A DNA stretch of 64,000 nucleotides, from assembly GCA_025350595.1 (NCBI GenBank), contig JANXXP010000273.1, positions 1,988 through 65,987 of the forward strand, written 5' to 3'. The position numbers and the translations under genes are program-made. Under the pieces are notes generated by a model that was not told where the DNA came from, did no database searches, and worked only from the letters and a program-made list of their open reading frames with translations. This document shows, piece by piece, positions 33,523-45,638 of this stretch. This stretch comes from Bacteroidota bacterium. Its GTDB lineage: Bacteria; Bacteroidota; Bacteroidia; Bacteroidales; VadinHA17. Numbering within the stretch: position 1 is the stretch's first letter; each line of letters opens with the position of its first letter.

Positions 33523-34560
33523 ATGAATTCCAGAATAGTAACATTTGGAGAAATAATGTTAAGACTTGTTCCACCAGGATTTGAACGTTTTAGTCAGGCG
33601 AGGCAATTCAATGCTTCGTATGGAGGTGGAGAAGCTAATGTGGCCGTTTCACTTGCCAACTTCGGACTGAAAGTCGATTATGTAACACGTATTCCGAAAA
33701 ATGATATTTCAGAAGCCTGCCTTATGGATCTGAGAAGATATAATGTGGGTACTGATAAAATAATCTTTGGCGGAGACAGGATGGGCATCTATTTCCTTGA
33801 AAACGGAGCAGTTGCACGTGCAAGTAAAGTAATTTATGATCGTTCAAATTCAGCAATTGCGGAGATTCAGCCAGGAATGATTAATTGGGATTCAGTCTTT
33901 GAAGGAGTCTCCTGGTTTCATTGGACAGGAATTACTCCTGCAATATCAGAAGGGGCCGCTCTCGTATGTAAGGAGGCTATCGAAACAGCAAATAAGAAGG
34001 GAATTACTGTCTCTACTGATCTGAATTTCAGAAAAAACCTTTGGAAATGGGGTAAAAAGGCATCTGAAGTTATGCCTGATCTCGTTGCCGGTTGTGATAT
34101 AATCCTTGGCAATGAGGAAGATGCAGCAATGGTATTTGGTATTCATCCAGCCGGAACCGATGTTACCAGCGGACATGTTGAAGCAGCTGCCTATGAATCT
34201 GTTTGCCGCCAGTTGATGGTAAAGTTTCCACGAGCCAAAAAGGTAATTGTTACACTACGCGGATCTGTTAATGCAAATCACAATACCTGGTCGGGGGTTC
34301 TTTTTGATGGAAAGAAACTATACCAGGCTCCTACCTACGATATAACCCATATTGTTGACAGAGTTGGTGGAGGTGACAGTTTTATGGGAGGACTCATCTA
34401 TGGTTTGATTACCTTTACTGGAAATGATCAGCGGGCTCTTGACTTCGCAGTTGCGGCTTCATGTCTAAAGCATACTATCATTGGAGACTTTAACCTGGTA
34501 ACTGTTAAGGAAGTAGAAACTCTCATGGGAGGAGATGGCTCAGGAAGAGTATCTCGGTAA
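33523..34560 (+). CDS. kdgK: 2-dehydro-3-deoxygluconokinase (PfkB family)
   Basis: The opening 'IVTFGEIMLRL' and the blocks 'GGGEANVAVSLANFG' and 'DRVGGGDSFMGGLIYG' match KdgK-type PfkB kinases. The gene is adjacent to eda. Confidence 0.85.
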   Translation: MNSRIVTFGEIMLRLVPPGFERFSQARQFNASYGGGEANVAVSLANFGLKVDYVTRIPKNDISEACLMDLRRYNVGTDKIIFGGDRMGIYFLENGAVARASKVIYDRSNSAIAEIQPGMINWDSVFEGVSWFHWTGITPAISEGAALVCKEAIETANKKGITVSTDLNFRKNLWKWGKKASEVMPDLVAGCDIILGNEEDAAMVFGIHPAGTDVTSGHVEAAAYESVCRQLMVKFPRAKKVIVTLRGSVNANHNTWSGVLFDGKKLYQAPTYDITHIVDRVGGGDSFMGGLIYGLITFTGNDQRALDFAVAASCLKHTIIGDFNLVTVKEVETLMGGDGSGRVSR

Positions 34561-34623
34561 TTTATCCCAAATGTGTATTAAATAAATTACAGGAAAATAA
34601 ACTAACTAGAAAAGAATCAAAAT

Positions 34624-35313
34624 ATGGCAAGGTTTTCCAGAATTCAAGTTGCAACCAAAATGGCTGAAACCGGTATGGTTCCCGTTTTTTTTCATAAAGA
34701 TTTTGAAACATGTAAAAATGTTGTCACTGCCTGTTACAAAGGAGGAGTTAAAGTGTTTGAATTTACAAACCGGGGAGATTTTGCTCATGAGACTTTTGCA
34801 GCTCTTAATAAATGGGCAGAGGTTGAATGTCCTGATCTGATTCTTGGAGCCGGCTCTGTACTGGATGCTGCGACAGCAGCTCTTTATATTCAACTGGGAT
34901 CAAACTTCATCGTTTCCCCTATACTAAATGAAGAGATAGCTCCGGTTGTAAACCGCAGAAAGATCCTATGGTCTCCCGGCTGTGGTTCTGTTACCGAAAT
35001 ATCAAATGCAGAATCACTGGGAGTTGAAATAGTTAAAATATTCCCGGGATCGCAGGTTGGCGGACCAAAATTTGTTGCAGCAGTAAGAGGCCCTATGCCA
35101 TGGACAAACATAATGCCAACAGGAGGCGTTGAACCGTCAGAAGCAAACCTGACAGAGTGGTTCAAAGCAGGAGTTACCTGCGTTGGAATGGGGTCACAAC
35201 TACTCTCATCAGAAATCATTAAAAACAAAGATTATGCAAAACTTGAAGAGGAGGTTCGGAAAGCACTTGCTATTATTCTGAAACTAAAGGAACTCTATCC
35301 TGTGAAATTATAA
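34624..35313 (+). CDS. eda: KDPG / 4-hydroxy-2-oxoglutarate aldolase
   Basis: 'GGVKVFEFTNRGDFA', 'VEIVKIFPG' and 'IMPTGGV' are the Bacteroidota Eda pattern. The 229-aa size fits. Confidence 0.85.
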   Translation: MARFSRIQVATKMAETGMVPVFFHKDFETCKNVVTACYKGGVKVFEFTNRGDFAHETFAALNKWAEVECPDLILGAGSVLDAATAALYIQLGSNFIVSPILNEEIAPVVNRRKILWSPGCGSVTEISNAESLGVEIVKIFPGSQVGGPKFVAAVRGPMPWTNIMPTGGVEPSEANLTEWFKAGVTCVGMGSQLLSSEIIKNKDYAKLEEEVRKALAIILKLKELYPVKL

Positions 35314-35357
35314 TCTCATTAATTGGCTTAAAATACAAACCTTTAAAAAAGGATATT

Positions 35358-35813
35358 ATGATATTCGATACAATAACAAACAGATCAACATACGCCGGCA
35401 TATCCCCAAGGATAAAAACAGCTCTTGAATATCTGGCAAAAACAGATTTTTCAAAAATGGAGGATGGAAGACATGATCTGGATGGGAACAATTTGTTTGC
35501 TCTGTTGCAGAGATACGATTCAATCCCAAAAGAACAGGGGAAATGGGAATATCACAGGAAATACATCGATATTCAATATATCGTTGAAGGAGTTGAACAA
35601 ATTGGTTTTCAGGATATTGGCAAGATGACAGATACAGTAGAATACAATCCTGATAAAGACATAGCTTTCCAAAGCGGTGAAGGGAATTATGTGACCGTAA
35701 ACAAAAATTCCTTTTGCATTTTCTTTCCTCAGGATTCGCATAAGCCTAAAATAGCAGTCAGCAATGAATCTGCTAAAGTTGTGAAAGTCGTGATCAAAAT
35801 AAAAGCAGATTAG
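35358..35813 (+). CDS. YhcH/YjgK/YiaL (DUF386) family cupin-like protein
   Basis: At 151 aa, it shows the family pattern 'HRKYIDIQYIVEGVEQIG' and '...FFPQDSHKP'. Confidence 0.75.
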   Translation: MIFDTITNRSTYAGISPRIKTALEYLAKTDFSKMEDGRHDLDGNNLFALLQRYDSIPKEQGKWEYHRKYIDIQYIVEGVEQIGFQDIGKMTDTVEYNPDKDIAFQSGEGNYVTVNKNSFCIFFPQDSHKPKIAVSNESAKVVKVVIKIKAD

Positions 35814-35858
35814 ATAACTACATTATTTGAATCGATTCTTTATTTAAAAGAAATATTT

Positions 35859-37179
<1,321 letters not shown>

Positions 37180-37214
37180 TGAAGAAATAGAAATCATTGA
37201 TATAAAAATAATAG

Positions 37215-38117
37215 ATGGCAAGAATAATAGTTATCGGCAGCTCAAATACCGACATGGTGATTAAGTCAAAAAAACTCCCGGCACCGGGCGAGACTCTTTT
37301 AGGAGGTACTTTTCTGATGAACCCGGGAGGAAAAGGGGCAAATCAGGCTGTGGCTGCAGCCAGGCTTGGCGGTAATGTGATTTTTGTTACCAAGACAGGC
37401 AATGATATGTTCGGAGCCGAAGCTGTGCAGTTATTTGGAAAAGAAGGAATTATAACAAAATATATCATAAAGGATACTAAGAATCCTTCGGGTGTTGCCT
37501 TAATCAACGTTGATGAAAACGGAGAAAACAGCATAGTCGTAGCTTCAGGGTCGAATGGAACTTTAGATGCTTATGATATTAATGATGAAGTTTTTAAAAC
37601 TGAAAAATCTGATATTTTCTTAATGCAGCTTGAAATACCAGTCAGCACCGTCGAATTTGTTGCAGAAAAAGCATCTGGAAAAGGAAACAGAGTAATTCTT
37701 AATCCAGCTCCTGCCTGTAGGCTTTCTGATGATCTGCTCAGCTGTCTTTATCTTATTACACCTAATGAAACAGAGGCTGAATTGCTTACCGGAATTAAAG
37801 TTACCGATGCTGCCTCAGCAGCCAAAGCCGCTCAGAATCTCTGCGAAAAAGGAGTCCTGAATGTAATAATAACTATGGGTGGATCAGGTGCATTTATCCT
37901 CTCAGGTTCATTGTCGAAAATTGTTCCTGTAGTTCCTGTAAAAGCTATTGATACAACAGCTGCAGGAGATGTATTCAACGGAGCATTGGTTGTTGCATTA
38001 TCGGAAGGAAAAGGGATCGAAGAGGCAGTAGTTTTTGCCAATAATGCTGCCTCAATTTCCGTGACACGAATGGGAGCTCAGGCTTCTGCCCCTTACAGAA
38101 CTGAAATAAACCTTTAA
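37215..38117 (+). CDS. rbsK: Ribokinase
   Basis: '[12 protein letters not shown]', '[15 protein letters not shown]', '[10 protein letters not shown]' and '[13 protein letters not shown]' are canonical ribokinase motifs. Confidence 0.9.
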   Translation: MARIIVIGSSNTDMVIKSKKLPAPGETLLGGTFLMNPGGKGANQAVAAARLGGNVIFVTKTGNDMFGAEAVQLFGKEGIITKYIIKDTKNPSGVALINVDENGENSIVVASGSNGTLDAYDINDEVFKTEKSDIFLMQLEIPVSTVEFVAEKASGKGNRVILNPAPACRLSDDLLSCLYLITPNETEAELLTGIKVTDAASAAKAAQNLCEKGVLNVIITMGGSGAFILSGSLSKIVPVVPVKAIDTTAAGDVFNGALVVALSEGKGIEEAVVFANNAASISVTRMGAQASAPYRTEINL

Positions 38118-38240
38118 TGCTCCCTGCCCCCCTAAAGGGCATAGCCATTAACCTAAGAGTAGGATGAAAATAAAGAGATTAAAAAAGTTTCCCCCCACCA
38201 GGGCGTGGCAGGCTCTCATTTTGAAGGAGGGGAAATTATT

Positions 38241-39275
38241 ATGAACAAACAAAACTTCCATACTACAATACATCCACTTATGAAACAACTACTTTTATTT
38301 CTAATCTCCATTTCTCTTGCATTCTCAGGCTGCGCAAATAAGAATGGCATCAAGTCAGCCATCCCTGTAAAAATAATATTCGATTCCGATCTGGGACCAG
38401 ATTATGATGATGTAGGTGCTTTAGCATTTTTGCATGCAATGGCCGACAGCGGGAAAGTTGAAATTCTTGCTACTGTCGCTTCTAACAAACATGAACTTGT
38501 TGCTCCTGCAATCGAGGTTATTAATACATATTTCTCGCGTCCCGGATTACCGCTGGGAGCTCCTAAAACAAACGGAGTTAATCTTGGATCATCTCAACAT
38601 TGGGCTGATTCAATAGTGGCAAAATATCCTCATACAGTGAATTCAACCAATGATGTCAGAGACGCTGTCGAGGTATACCGAAAAATTCTCAGTACCCAAC
38701 CCGATAATGGTGTTACAATTGTAACTGTCGGTTTTTTGACAAATCTCAATAATCTGCTTCACTCACAACCTGATAACATATCTCCTTTAAACGGATCAGA
38801 ATTGGTAGCAAAAAAAGTAAAAATGCTTGTTTCGATGGCAGGAAAATTTCCGGAAGGAAAAGAATTCAATGTTTTCATGGATTCAACCGCCTCAGCATAT
38901 GTCTATAATAACTGGCCGGGACAGGTAATATTTTCAGGATTCGAGATTGGATGGGAAATACGAACTGGATTAAGACTAATAAAATCGGATATTAAAAACA
39001 GTCCTGTGAAAGATGTATTCAGAATAAGCATTCCTCTCTCAGCTGAAGATAAAGACGGCAGAATGAGCTGGGATGAAACTGCTGTGCTCATCGGAGTATA
39101 TGGGACAGAAGGGTTTTTCGATACAGTAAGGGGCAATATTATTGTAAACCCGGATGGAAGCAATAAGTGGGAAAACGATTCGAACGGAAAACAAGTTTAT
39201 GTGAAACAAAAAATGTCTGTTAAGGATATGTCCACATTCATCGAAAACCGTATGATGCATATCCCAATTCATTAG
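38241..39275 (+). CDS. Inosine/uridine-preferring nucleoside hydrolase family lipoprotein
   Basis: The start is taken at the ATG at 38241 rather than the GTG at 38205. The lipobox is 'AFSGC'. 'IIFDSDLGPDYDDVGALAFLHA' is the IUNH N-terminal Asp cluster. Confidence 0.75.
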   Translation: MNKQNFHTTIHPLMKQLLLFLISISLAFSGCANKNGIKSAIPVKIIFDSDLGPDYDDVGALAFLHAMADSGKVEILATVASNKHELVAPAIEVINTYFSRPGLPLGAPKTNGVNLGSSQHWADSIVAKYPHTVNSTNDVRDAVEVYRKILSTQPDNGVTIVTVGFLTNLNNLLHSQPDNISPLNGSELVAKKVKMLVSMAGKFPEGKEFNVFMDSTASAYVYNNWPGQVIFSGFEIGWEIRTGLRLIKSDIKNSPVKDVFRISIPLSAEDKDGRMSWDETAVLIGVYGTEGFFDTVRGNIIVNPDGSNKWENDSNGKQVYVKQKMSVKDMSTFIENRMMHIPIH

Positions 39276-39345
39276 AAAAAAATCGAAATCCATTAACCGC
39301 AAAGGGCAGTAAGCTTTTCGCAAAGGTCTCAAAGTGTGAGCTTGA

Positions 39346-40680
39346 TCACATCAGGTCTTTTTCGAAAGCTTCTTTATTGAATTTGAAATTATTATCAAGA
39401 AACTTCATTATCTCCTGGGTATCTGAATAAGCATTACCTAAACATGTTGAAGCCCCGGGAGAAGGTGTAATATTGAAGATAATTTTATCACCTGATAACT
39501 TGGCTTCACCCATTTCAAGCTTTCGTGTAGTGTTATTCACAATTTGAGGACGCGTACCGCCTATTCCTTTTGCATAATGCAGTTCGTTTAATTTCAATGA
39601 TGGGATTATTTTTCTGACTTCCTTAATAAATAGCCTCTTCCCGATGACAGGCAAATCATAAAGAAAATTTAAAAAAATGTAATTAAAAAGGACCTTATCA
39701 AATATGATTTTAAACAGACTAATGATTGGATTCAGACCTATTCCAAAGGTTTTCCAGTATTCCGTAAAGGTAGACATGTTGTGTCTTTCCAACTGAAAAA
39801 TAGGTTTTGCAGTAGGCCCAAATCTGGTCACATTCTCGCTATGAACCTCAGGATCACCATGAATAGCTGCAAAGGGTAGTTTTGGTTGTTGAATTGTATA
39901 TACTTTCCCGTTAAGTACTTTTGGAGCAGTATAAAAACTCCCTGCCATTGACAATACAGCTAAGTTCTTTCCATATCCAAGAGACTTGGCTATCATAAGA
40001 CTATGACCACCTGCGGCAATGATAACCACTGAAGCCCTGAATACCCCCTTATCAGTTAAAACTTCATAAGCGTCATCATTTTTCGAGATTTTCAAAAGTC
40101 TGGTATTAAGATGAATACCTGATTCAGGATTGAGCCGAAGTGAATTATCAATAAATGAATGGCAAAGTTTTTTAAAATCCACAGTATATCCATCTTCTGT
40201 TTCAAGGGCGAGAATTTCCTGACCCGGATCTCTTCCCTCTAATACTCTTGGTTCAATTTTTCCAATTTCTTCTCTGCCTATCATTTTTAATTTTGGAAAT
40301 AATTCACTGAAAGGAGGATATCTTTTTTTTAGTTCGTGAACCTGATTTGTACCAACAGCAAGAACCATTTTTGAATACTTGCTGAATATCTTTTTCCCTT
40401 CAGAAGGATCTTTAATATTCTCAAGATACTTCATAACCATATCGGCCATTCGCTTAACACTCCTGGCTTTTTCAATAGAGTAGTTAGTCTCTATGTCTCC
40501 AAAATGGAGCGTCTGGCTGTTATTATAGGATGCGGAGTTAACTAATCCAAAATCAGAATACTTCTCAATAAGACCCACGTTTTTGACATCGGTATATTTA
40601 CTTAAAGTGTAGAGTAATGCAGTTCCTACTACCCCTCCACCAACAATAAGTACGTCATATTTTACAATTTCGTCACTCAT
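39346..40680 (-). CDS. FAD-dependent oxidoreductase, malate:quinone-oxidoreductase-like
   Basis: The dinucleotide fold is 'YDVLIVGGGVVGTAL'. 'NNSQTLHFGDIETNYS' resembles the Mqo block 'NNAGTGH..LCELNYT'. Its start overlaps the gltA stop by 4 nt (ATGA). Function is inferred from context. Confidence 0.5.
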   Translation of the reverse strand: MSDEIVKYDVLIVGGGVVGTALLYTLSKYTDVKNVGLIEKYSDFGLVNSASYNNSQTLHFGDIETNYSIEKARSVKRMADMVMKYLENIKDPSEGKKIFSKYSKMVLAVGTNQVHELKKRYPPFSELFPKLKMIGREEIGKIEPRVLEGRDPGQEILALETEDGYTVDFKKLCHSFIDNSLRLNPESGIHLNTRLLKISKNDDAYEVLTDKGVFRASVVIIAAGGHSLMIAKSLGYGKNLAVLSMAGSFYTAPKVLNGKVYTIQQPKLPFAAIHGDPEVHSENVTRFGPTAKPIFQLERHNMSTFTEYWKTFGIGLNPIISLFKIIFDKVLFNYIFLNFLYDLPVIGKRLFIKEVRKIIPSLKLNELHYAKGIGGTRPQIVNNTTRKLEMGEAKLSGDKIIFNITPSPGASTCLGNAYSDTQEIMKFLDNNFKFNKEAFEKDLM

Positions 40681-42044
40681 TTTAAATCCCTCTCATTCAT
40701 TGGTATATACTTGTGTTCGCCATAAACATTCTTGAATGCCGGACGGATTATTCTTTTTGCTGCGAATGTAAGCTCCTCATTCCTGTGAGCACACCATCCT
40801 GAAACTCTTCCTATTGCAAACAAAGGAGTATAAAGTTCCTTGGAAATATCCAGACAGGCATAAACAAAACCGGAATAGAAGTCAACATTTATGCAGACTA
40901 CTTTTGTAGACTTTTCTCCTTTAAATACTCTGAATACCTCGGGAGTGAGCCTCTCAACCAATGAATACAGTTCAAATTCCTCAAGTCTTCCTTTTTCAAT
41001 TGCAAGTTCCCTGGCTTTTGCTTTAAGGATTGCAGCCCGGGGATCAGAAATTGTATATACCGCGTGTCCGATTCCGTATATTTTCCCTGAGTTATCATTC
41101 GCTTTTTTATTCAGTATCTTAAGCAGGTGTTCCGTGACCTCTGTTTCACTGGTCCAGTTCTTGACATGGATTTTCATATCTTCCATCATTTCAAGAACCC
41201 TTACGTTGGCCCCTCCATGCAATGGTCCTTTTAATGAACCAATGGCAGATGTAACTGAAGAGTAAAGATCCGTTTCAGATGAACTTGTCACCCTCATGGT
41301 AAAAGTGGAATTATTACCACCACCATGTTCAGCATGGAGCACCAGAATAAGATCGAGCAGATCAGCTTCCAGTTTTGAATATCCATGGCAATCGCCTTTG
41401 ATAAGATAAAGAAAATTCTCTGCTGTAGTCAGATTAGGCTGCGGATGCCTGATTGAAAGAGTTTTACCCTTATAAAGATGTCTTAACGCCTGATATGAAT
41501 AAGCAACAATTGTTGGGAATTTTGCAATCATACTTAACGACTGCCTGATCATGTTATTGAGAGCAATGCTGTCAGGGTTTTCATCAAGGGTATATAAACC
41601 AAGTACCGAGCGTGCAAGAATATTAAGGACGTCTTTACCTTTCATCGATAATATCATGTCCTTAACAAAATCATCAGGTAATGAACGTAATCCAGCCAGA
41701 TGTTCTGAAAACTCCGCTAATTCTTCCTTATTTGGCAAATATCCGGCTAACAGTAGAAATACTGTTTCATCAAATCCGTGACGATCTTCTTTCTGGAATC
41801 CCTGAGTAATATCATCAATATCAATTCCACGGTATAATAGTCGTCCCGGAACAGCTACTACCTTACCATCAATCTTCTGATAACCTACAACATTTCCAAC
41901 ATTGGTTAATCCGACAAGCACCCCTGTTCCATCCTGATTCCTTAAACCACGTTTTACCTCGAACTCATCAAATAATTTATTATCTATCTGGCAGGACTTC
42001 CTGACCGATGTCTCTAATTTTGAAAAGAAATTAGTGTCACTCAT
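40677..42044 (-). CDS. gltA: Citrate synthase
   Basis: 'LVLHAEHGGGNNSTF', 'GPLHGGAN', 'IYGIGHAVY' and 'NVDFYSG' are citrate synthase signatures. Confidence 0.9.
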   Translation of the reverse strand: MSDTNFFSKLETSVRKSCQIDNKLFDEFEVKRGLRNQDGTGVLVGLTNVGNVVGYQKIDGKVVAVPGRLLYRGIDIDDITQGFQKEDRHGFDETVFLLLAGYLPNKEELAEFSEHLAGLRSLPDDFVKDMILSMKGKDVLNILARSVLGLYTLDENPDSIALNNMIRQSLSMIAKFPTIVAYSYQALRHLYKGKTLSIRHPQPNLTTAENFLYLIKGDCHGYSKLEADLLDLILVLHAEHGGGNNSTFTMRVTSSSETDLYSSVTSAIGSLKGPLHGGANVRVLEMMEDMKIHVKNWTSETEVTEHLLKILNKKANDNSGKIYGIGHAVYTISDPRAAILKAKARELAIEKGRLEEFELYSLVERLTPEVFRVFKGEKSTKVVCINVDFYSGFVYACLDISKELYTPLFAIGRVSGWCAHRNEELTFAAKRIIRPAFKNVYGEHKYIPMNERDLK

Positions 42045-42077
42045 ATCAATAAGTTTATGTAGTTATATAGTTTTTTA

Positions 42078-43346
42078 TTATTTTAAATTAGAGATTATTG
42101 CATCAGCAAATTCGGATGTTTTAACGAGAGTTGCATTCTCCATAAGCCTGTGAAAATCATAGGTGACTTTTTTCTTCTGAATAGTGAGTTCCAATCCTTT
42201 ATAGATGCTTTCTGTCACTTCAGTCCAACCAATGTAATCAAACAACAGTGCACCTGACAGGATTACTGAGCCAGGATTCACTTTATCAAGATCAGCATAC
42301 TTGGGAGCTGTACCATGTGTTGCCTCAAATATAGCATGTCCGGTTTCGAAATTTATATTTGCACCCGGAGCAATTCCTATACCGCCAACAATTGCAGCAA
42401 GAGCATCAGAAATATAATCTCCATTCAGGTTTAGTGTGGCTATAACAGAATATTCAGCCGGACGAGTCAGAATTTGCTGAAGGAATGCGTCAGCGATAAC
42501 ATCCTTAATAATAACTTTCCCTGATTTCTCCGCCTCCTTAAGAGCTTTATCGGCAATTTCAGACCCCTGCTTATCTGCAATTCTTTTATGCTCCAACCAG
42601 GTAAAAACATTATTTGCGAATTCTCTTTCAGCCAGTGCATAACCCCATTTCATAAAAGAACCTTCGGTAAACTTCATTATGTTTCCTTTATGTACCAGGG
42701 TTACAGATGGCAATTTCTTTTCGATGGCATACTTAACAGCCTGCCGAACAAGCCGTTCAGTACCTTCTACTGAAACAGGTTTAATGCCAATTGAAGAAGT
42801 GTTTGGGAATCGTATTGATTTCACCCCCATTTCATCAATAAAAAATCTTCTTACTTTTTCGGTTTCAGGTTTTCCGTTCATGAATTCAATTCCTGCATAG
42901 ATATCTTCAGTATTTTCTCTGAAAATATGCATATCGACTGTTTCAGGGTGTTTAACAGGACTTGGAACTCCGCTGAAATACCTTACAGGTCTGTAGCAGG
43001 TATATAGATCCAGTATTTGACGAAGTGCAACGTTTAAAGAACGCATCCCTTCACCAATCGGGGTAGTAAGTGGTCCTTTAATTCCGACAAGATATTCCCT
43101 GAAGCTTGTAAGCGTATCTTCCGGCATCCAGTTGCCGGTTAGTTTAAATGCTTTTTCTCCGGCAAGAACCTCTTTCCATGCTACTTTTCTTTTACCTTTA
43201 TAAGCTTTTTCAACTGCTGCATCAAAAACACGGACCGATGCTTTCCATATATCAGGTCCTGTTCCATCTCCTTCAATGAAAGGAATAATAGGACTCTCAG
43301 GAACAATTAATTTACCGTTTGCTAATTTGATTTTTTCGGGGGTCAT
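42078..43346 (-). CDS. icd: NADP-dependent isocitrate dehydrogenase (homodimeric prokaryotic type)
   Basis: '[15 protein letters not shown]', '[20 protein letters not shown]', '[26 protein letters not shown]' and '[12 protein letters not shown]' match Icd. Confidence 0.95.
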   Translation of the reverse strand: MTPEKIKLANGKLIVPESPIIPFIEGDGTGPDIWKASVRVFDAAVEKAYKGKRKVAWKEVLAGEKAFKLTGNWMPEDTLTSFREYLVGIKGPLTTPIGEGMRSLNVALRQILDLYTCYRPVRYFSGVPSPVKHPETVDMHIFRENTEDIYAGIEFMNGKPETEKVRRFFIDEMGVKSIRFPNTSSIGIKPVSVEGTERLVRQAVKYAIEKKLPSVTLVHKGNIMKFTEGSFMKWGYALAEREFANNVFTWLEHKRIADKQGSEIADKALKEAEKSGKVIIKDVIADAFLQQILTRPAEYSVIATLNLNGDYISDALAAIVGGIGIAPGANINFETGHAIFEATHGTAPKYADLDKVNPGSVILSGALLFDYIGWTEVTESIYKGLELTIQKKKVTYDFHRLMENATLVKTSEFADAIISNLK

Positions 43347-43357
43347 ACTATATTTTT

Positions 43358-45619
43358 TTATTTTGTTTTTCTTATTACATTTAATGCGCTTCCTGATTTA
43401 AACCATTCAATCTGAGCTTCATTATAAGAATGTCGGGCACTAATATTTTCGGTCTTGCCATTTGAATGTTTTAATACCAGAGATATTTGTTTTCCGGGTT
43501 TCAGGTCATTTAATCCAACTATATCAATTTTGTCATTTTCTCTTATTTTGCTGTAGTCTTCTTTATCTGAGAATGTCAAAGTTAAAATTCCCTGTTTTTT
43601 TAAATTGGTTTCATGGATCCTTGCAAAAGACCTAACAATTACTGCTTTTACATTAAGATAACGTGGTTCCATGGCAGCGTGTTCGCGAGATGATCCTTCC
43701 CCGAAATTCTCTTCTCCTACGACTATCGATCCCAGGCCAGCTGCCTTATAAGCCCTGGCAACAGAAGGAACCGCTTCGTACTGACCTGTAATTTGATTAT
43801 AAATAGAATTGGTTTTATCATTAAAAAAATTCACCGCTCCAATCATGTAATTATTTGAAATATTTTCAAGATGGCCACGGTATTTTAACCAGAATCCTGC
43901 CATTGAAATATGATCTGTTGTACATTTTCCTTTCGCTTTGATAAGCAATGGAAGATCATAAAAATCCTGCCCATTCCATTCTTTGAAAGGAGACAAAGAT
44001 TGAAGTCTTTCGGAATCAGATAGAATTACAATCTCGTTCAAGCTTCCTGATTTCTCAGGTTTCTGATATCCATTATCAATATTTCCAAACCCTTTTTGTG
44101 GTAATTCTTCTCCAACTGGTTCAGCCAGTTTAACAGTTTTACCTTCGGAATTTACCAGGGTATCTGTAATTGGATTAAATGTAAGTTTGCCTGAAATCGC
44201 AATTGCTGTAACTATTTCCGGAGAAGCTACAAAAGCAAACGTGTTAGGGTTACCGTCGGTACGCTTTGCAAAGTTCCGGTTAAATGAGTGAATTACAGTA
44301 TTGACCGGACTCTTATCAGAGCCTTTTCGATCCCATTGTCCAATACAGGGTCCGCATGCATTTGCAAAAACCTCTCCTCCAATTTTTTCAAAGAGATCAA
44401 GATAGCCATCGCGTTCTGCAATAAATCGAATTTGCTCAGATCCCGGAGTAATTTTAAACTCCGATATGGCTGTCAATTTTAAGCTTAGCGCATTTTTTGC
44501 TACTGATGCTGCACGTGATATGTCCTCATATGATGAATTTGTGCAGGATCCGATAAGTCCAACTTCAACCTTTTCAGGCCAGTCGTTTCTTACCAGGGCA
44601 ATTTTCATCTGCGAAATAGGAGTAGCAAGATCAGGAGTGAAAGGACCATTTATATATGGTTCAAGTTCTGTCAGGTTTATTTCAACAAACTGGTCATAGT
44701 ATTTCGATGGATCATCGGCTATTTCGCTATCTGAAGTAAGGTGCTTCCTGTTCAATCCGGCTAAATCAGCAATATCCTTTCTTCCTGTTGCGATTAGATA
44801 TCTTGACATCGCATCATCATAAGCAAAAATTGAGCATGTAGCTCCTATTTCAGCACCCATATTACATATTGTAGCTTTTCCTGTGCAAGAAAGTGATTCA
44901 GCGCCTGAACCAAAATATTCAACAACACTTCCGGTACCACCGCTAACGGAAAGCAATCCTGCAACTTTTAGTATTATATCTTTTGGAGAAGCCCATCCAT
45001 TTAGCTTTCCTGTTAACTTAATTCCAATAATTCTGGGAAGTTTCAGTTCCCAGGCCATCCCTGTCATCACATCAACAGCATCAGCTCCTCCTACTCCTAT
45101 CGCAATCATTCCAAGTCCACCGGCATTTGGAGTATGCGAATCAGTTCCTATCATCATGCCACCAGGAAATGCATAATTTTCAAGGACTATCTGGTGTATA
45201 ATGCCGGCTCCGGGTTTCCAGAAACCAATATCATATTTATTACACACTGAACTTAAAAAATCATAAACTTCCTTGTTGGTATAAACGGCCGATTTCATAT
45301 CTGCCGCTGCGCCTGATTTTGCCATAATAAGATGATCGCAGTGCACAGATGCCGGAACAGCGGTTTGGTCTTTCCCTGCCATCATGAACTGTAACAGGGC
45401 CATTTGTGCGGTTGCATCCTGCATAGCAACCCTATTGGGAGCAAAATCAACATAATCGACTCCCCGTTTAAAGGATCCCTTCTGAGATTTATCAAAAAGA
45501 TGGCTGTAGAGAATTTTTTCACTCAATGTAAGAGGTCGATTTAGTTGCTTCCTTATTTCAGAAATTCTGGAAGGCAACTCTTTGTAAAAACCACTTATCA
45601 TGTTAAAATCAAATATCAT
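43358..45619 (-). CDS. acn: Aconitate hydratase (about 750 aa, mitochondrial-type as in Bacteroides)
   Basis: '[11 protein letters not shown]', '[14 protein letters not shown]', '[10 protein letters not shown]', '[11 protein letters not shown]', 'NRNFAKR' and '[10 protein letters not shown]' are aconitase Fe-S and substrate motifs. Confidence 0.95.
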   Translation of the reverse strand: MIFDFNMISGFYKELPSRISEIRKQLNRPLTLSEKILYSHLFDKSQKGSFKRGVDYVDFAPNRVAMQDATAQMALLQFMMAGKDQTAVPASVHCDHLIMAKSGAAADMKSAVYTNKEVYDFLSSVCNKYDIGFWKPGAGIIHQIVLENYAFPGGMMIGTDSHTPNAGGLGMIAIGVGGADAVDVMTGMAWELKLPRIIGIKLTGKLNGWASPKDIILKVAGLLSVSGGTGSVVEYFGSGAESLSCTGKATICNMGAEIGATCSIFAYDDAMSRYLIATGRKDIADLAGLNRKHLTSDSEIADDPSKYYDQFVEINLTELEPYINGPFTPDLATPISQMKIALVRNDWPEKVEVGLIGSCTNSSYEDISRAASVAKNALSLKLTAISEFKITPGSEQIRFIAERDGYLDLFEKIGGEVFANACGPCIGQWDRKGSDKSPVNTVIHSFNRNFAKRTDGNPNTFAFVASPEIVTAIAISGKLTFNPITDTLVNSEGKTVKLAEPVGEELPQKGFGNIDNGYQKPEKSGSLNEIVILSDSERLQSLSPFKEWNGQDFYDLPLLIKAKGKCTTDHISMAGFWLKYRGHLENISNNYMIGAVNFFNDKTNSIYNQITGQYEAVPSVARAYKAAGLGSIVVGEENFGEGSSREHAAMEPRYLNVKAVIVRSFARIHETNLKKQGILTLTFSDKEDYSKIRENDKIDIVGLNDLKPGKQISLVLKHSNGKTENISARHSYNEAQIEWFKSGSALNVIRKTK

Positions 45620-45638
45620 CTTACTTATTTTTAAATGA

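Noticed and set aside
34606-34893. A 95-aa minus-strand ORF opposite the 5' end of eda.
   Set aside because: It overlaps a well-supported eda coding frame and has no recognisable motifs.
38205-38240. A GTG start preceded or followed by a GGAGG-like string, considered as the true start of the nucleoside hydrolase.
   Set aside because: Bacteroidota generally do not rely on Shine-Dalgarno pairing. The region is part of a GC-rich repeat island, and the ATG at 38241 gives a normal lipoprotein leader.
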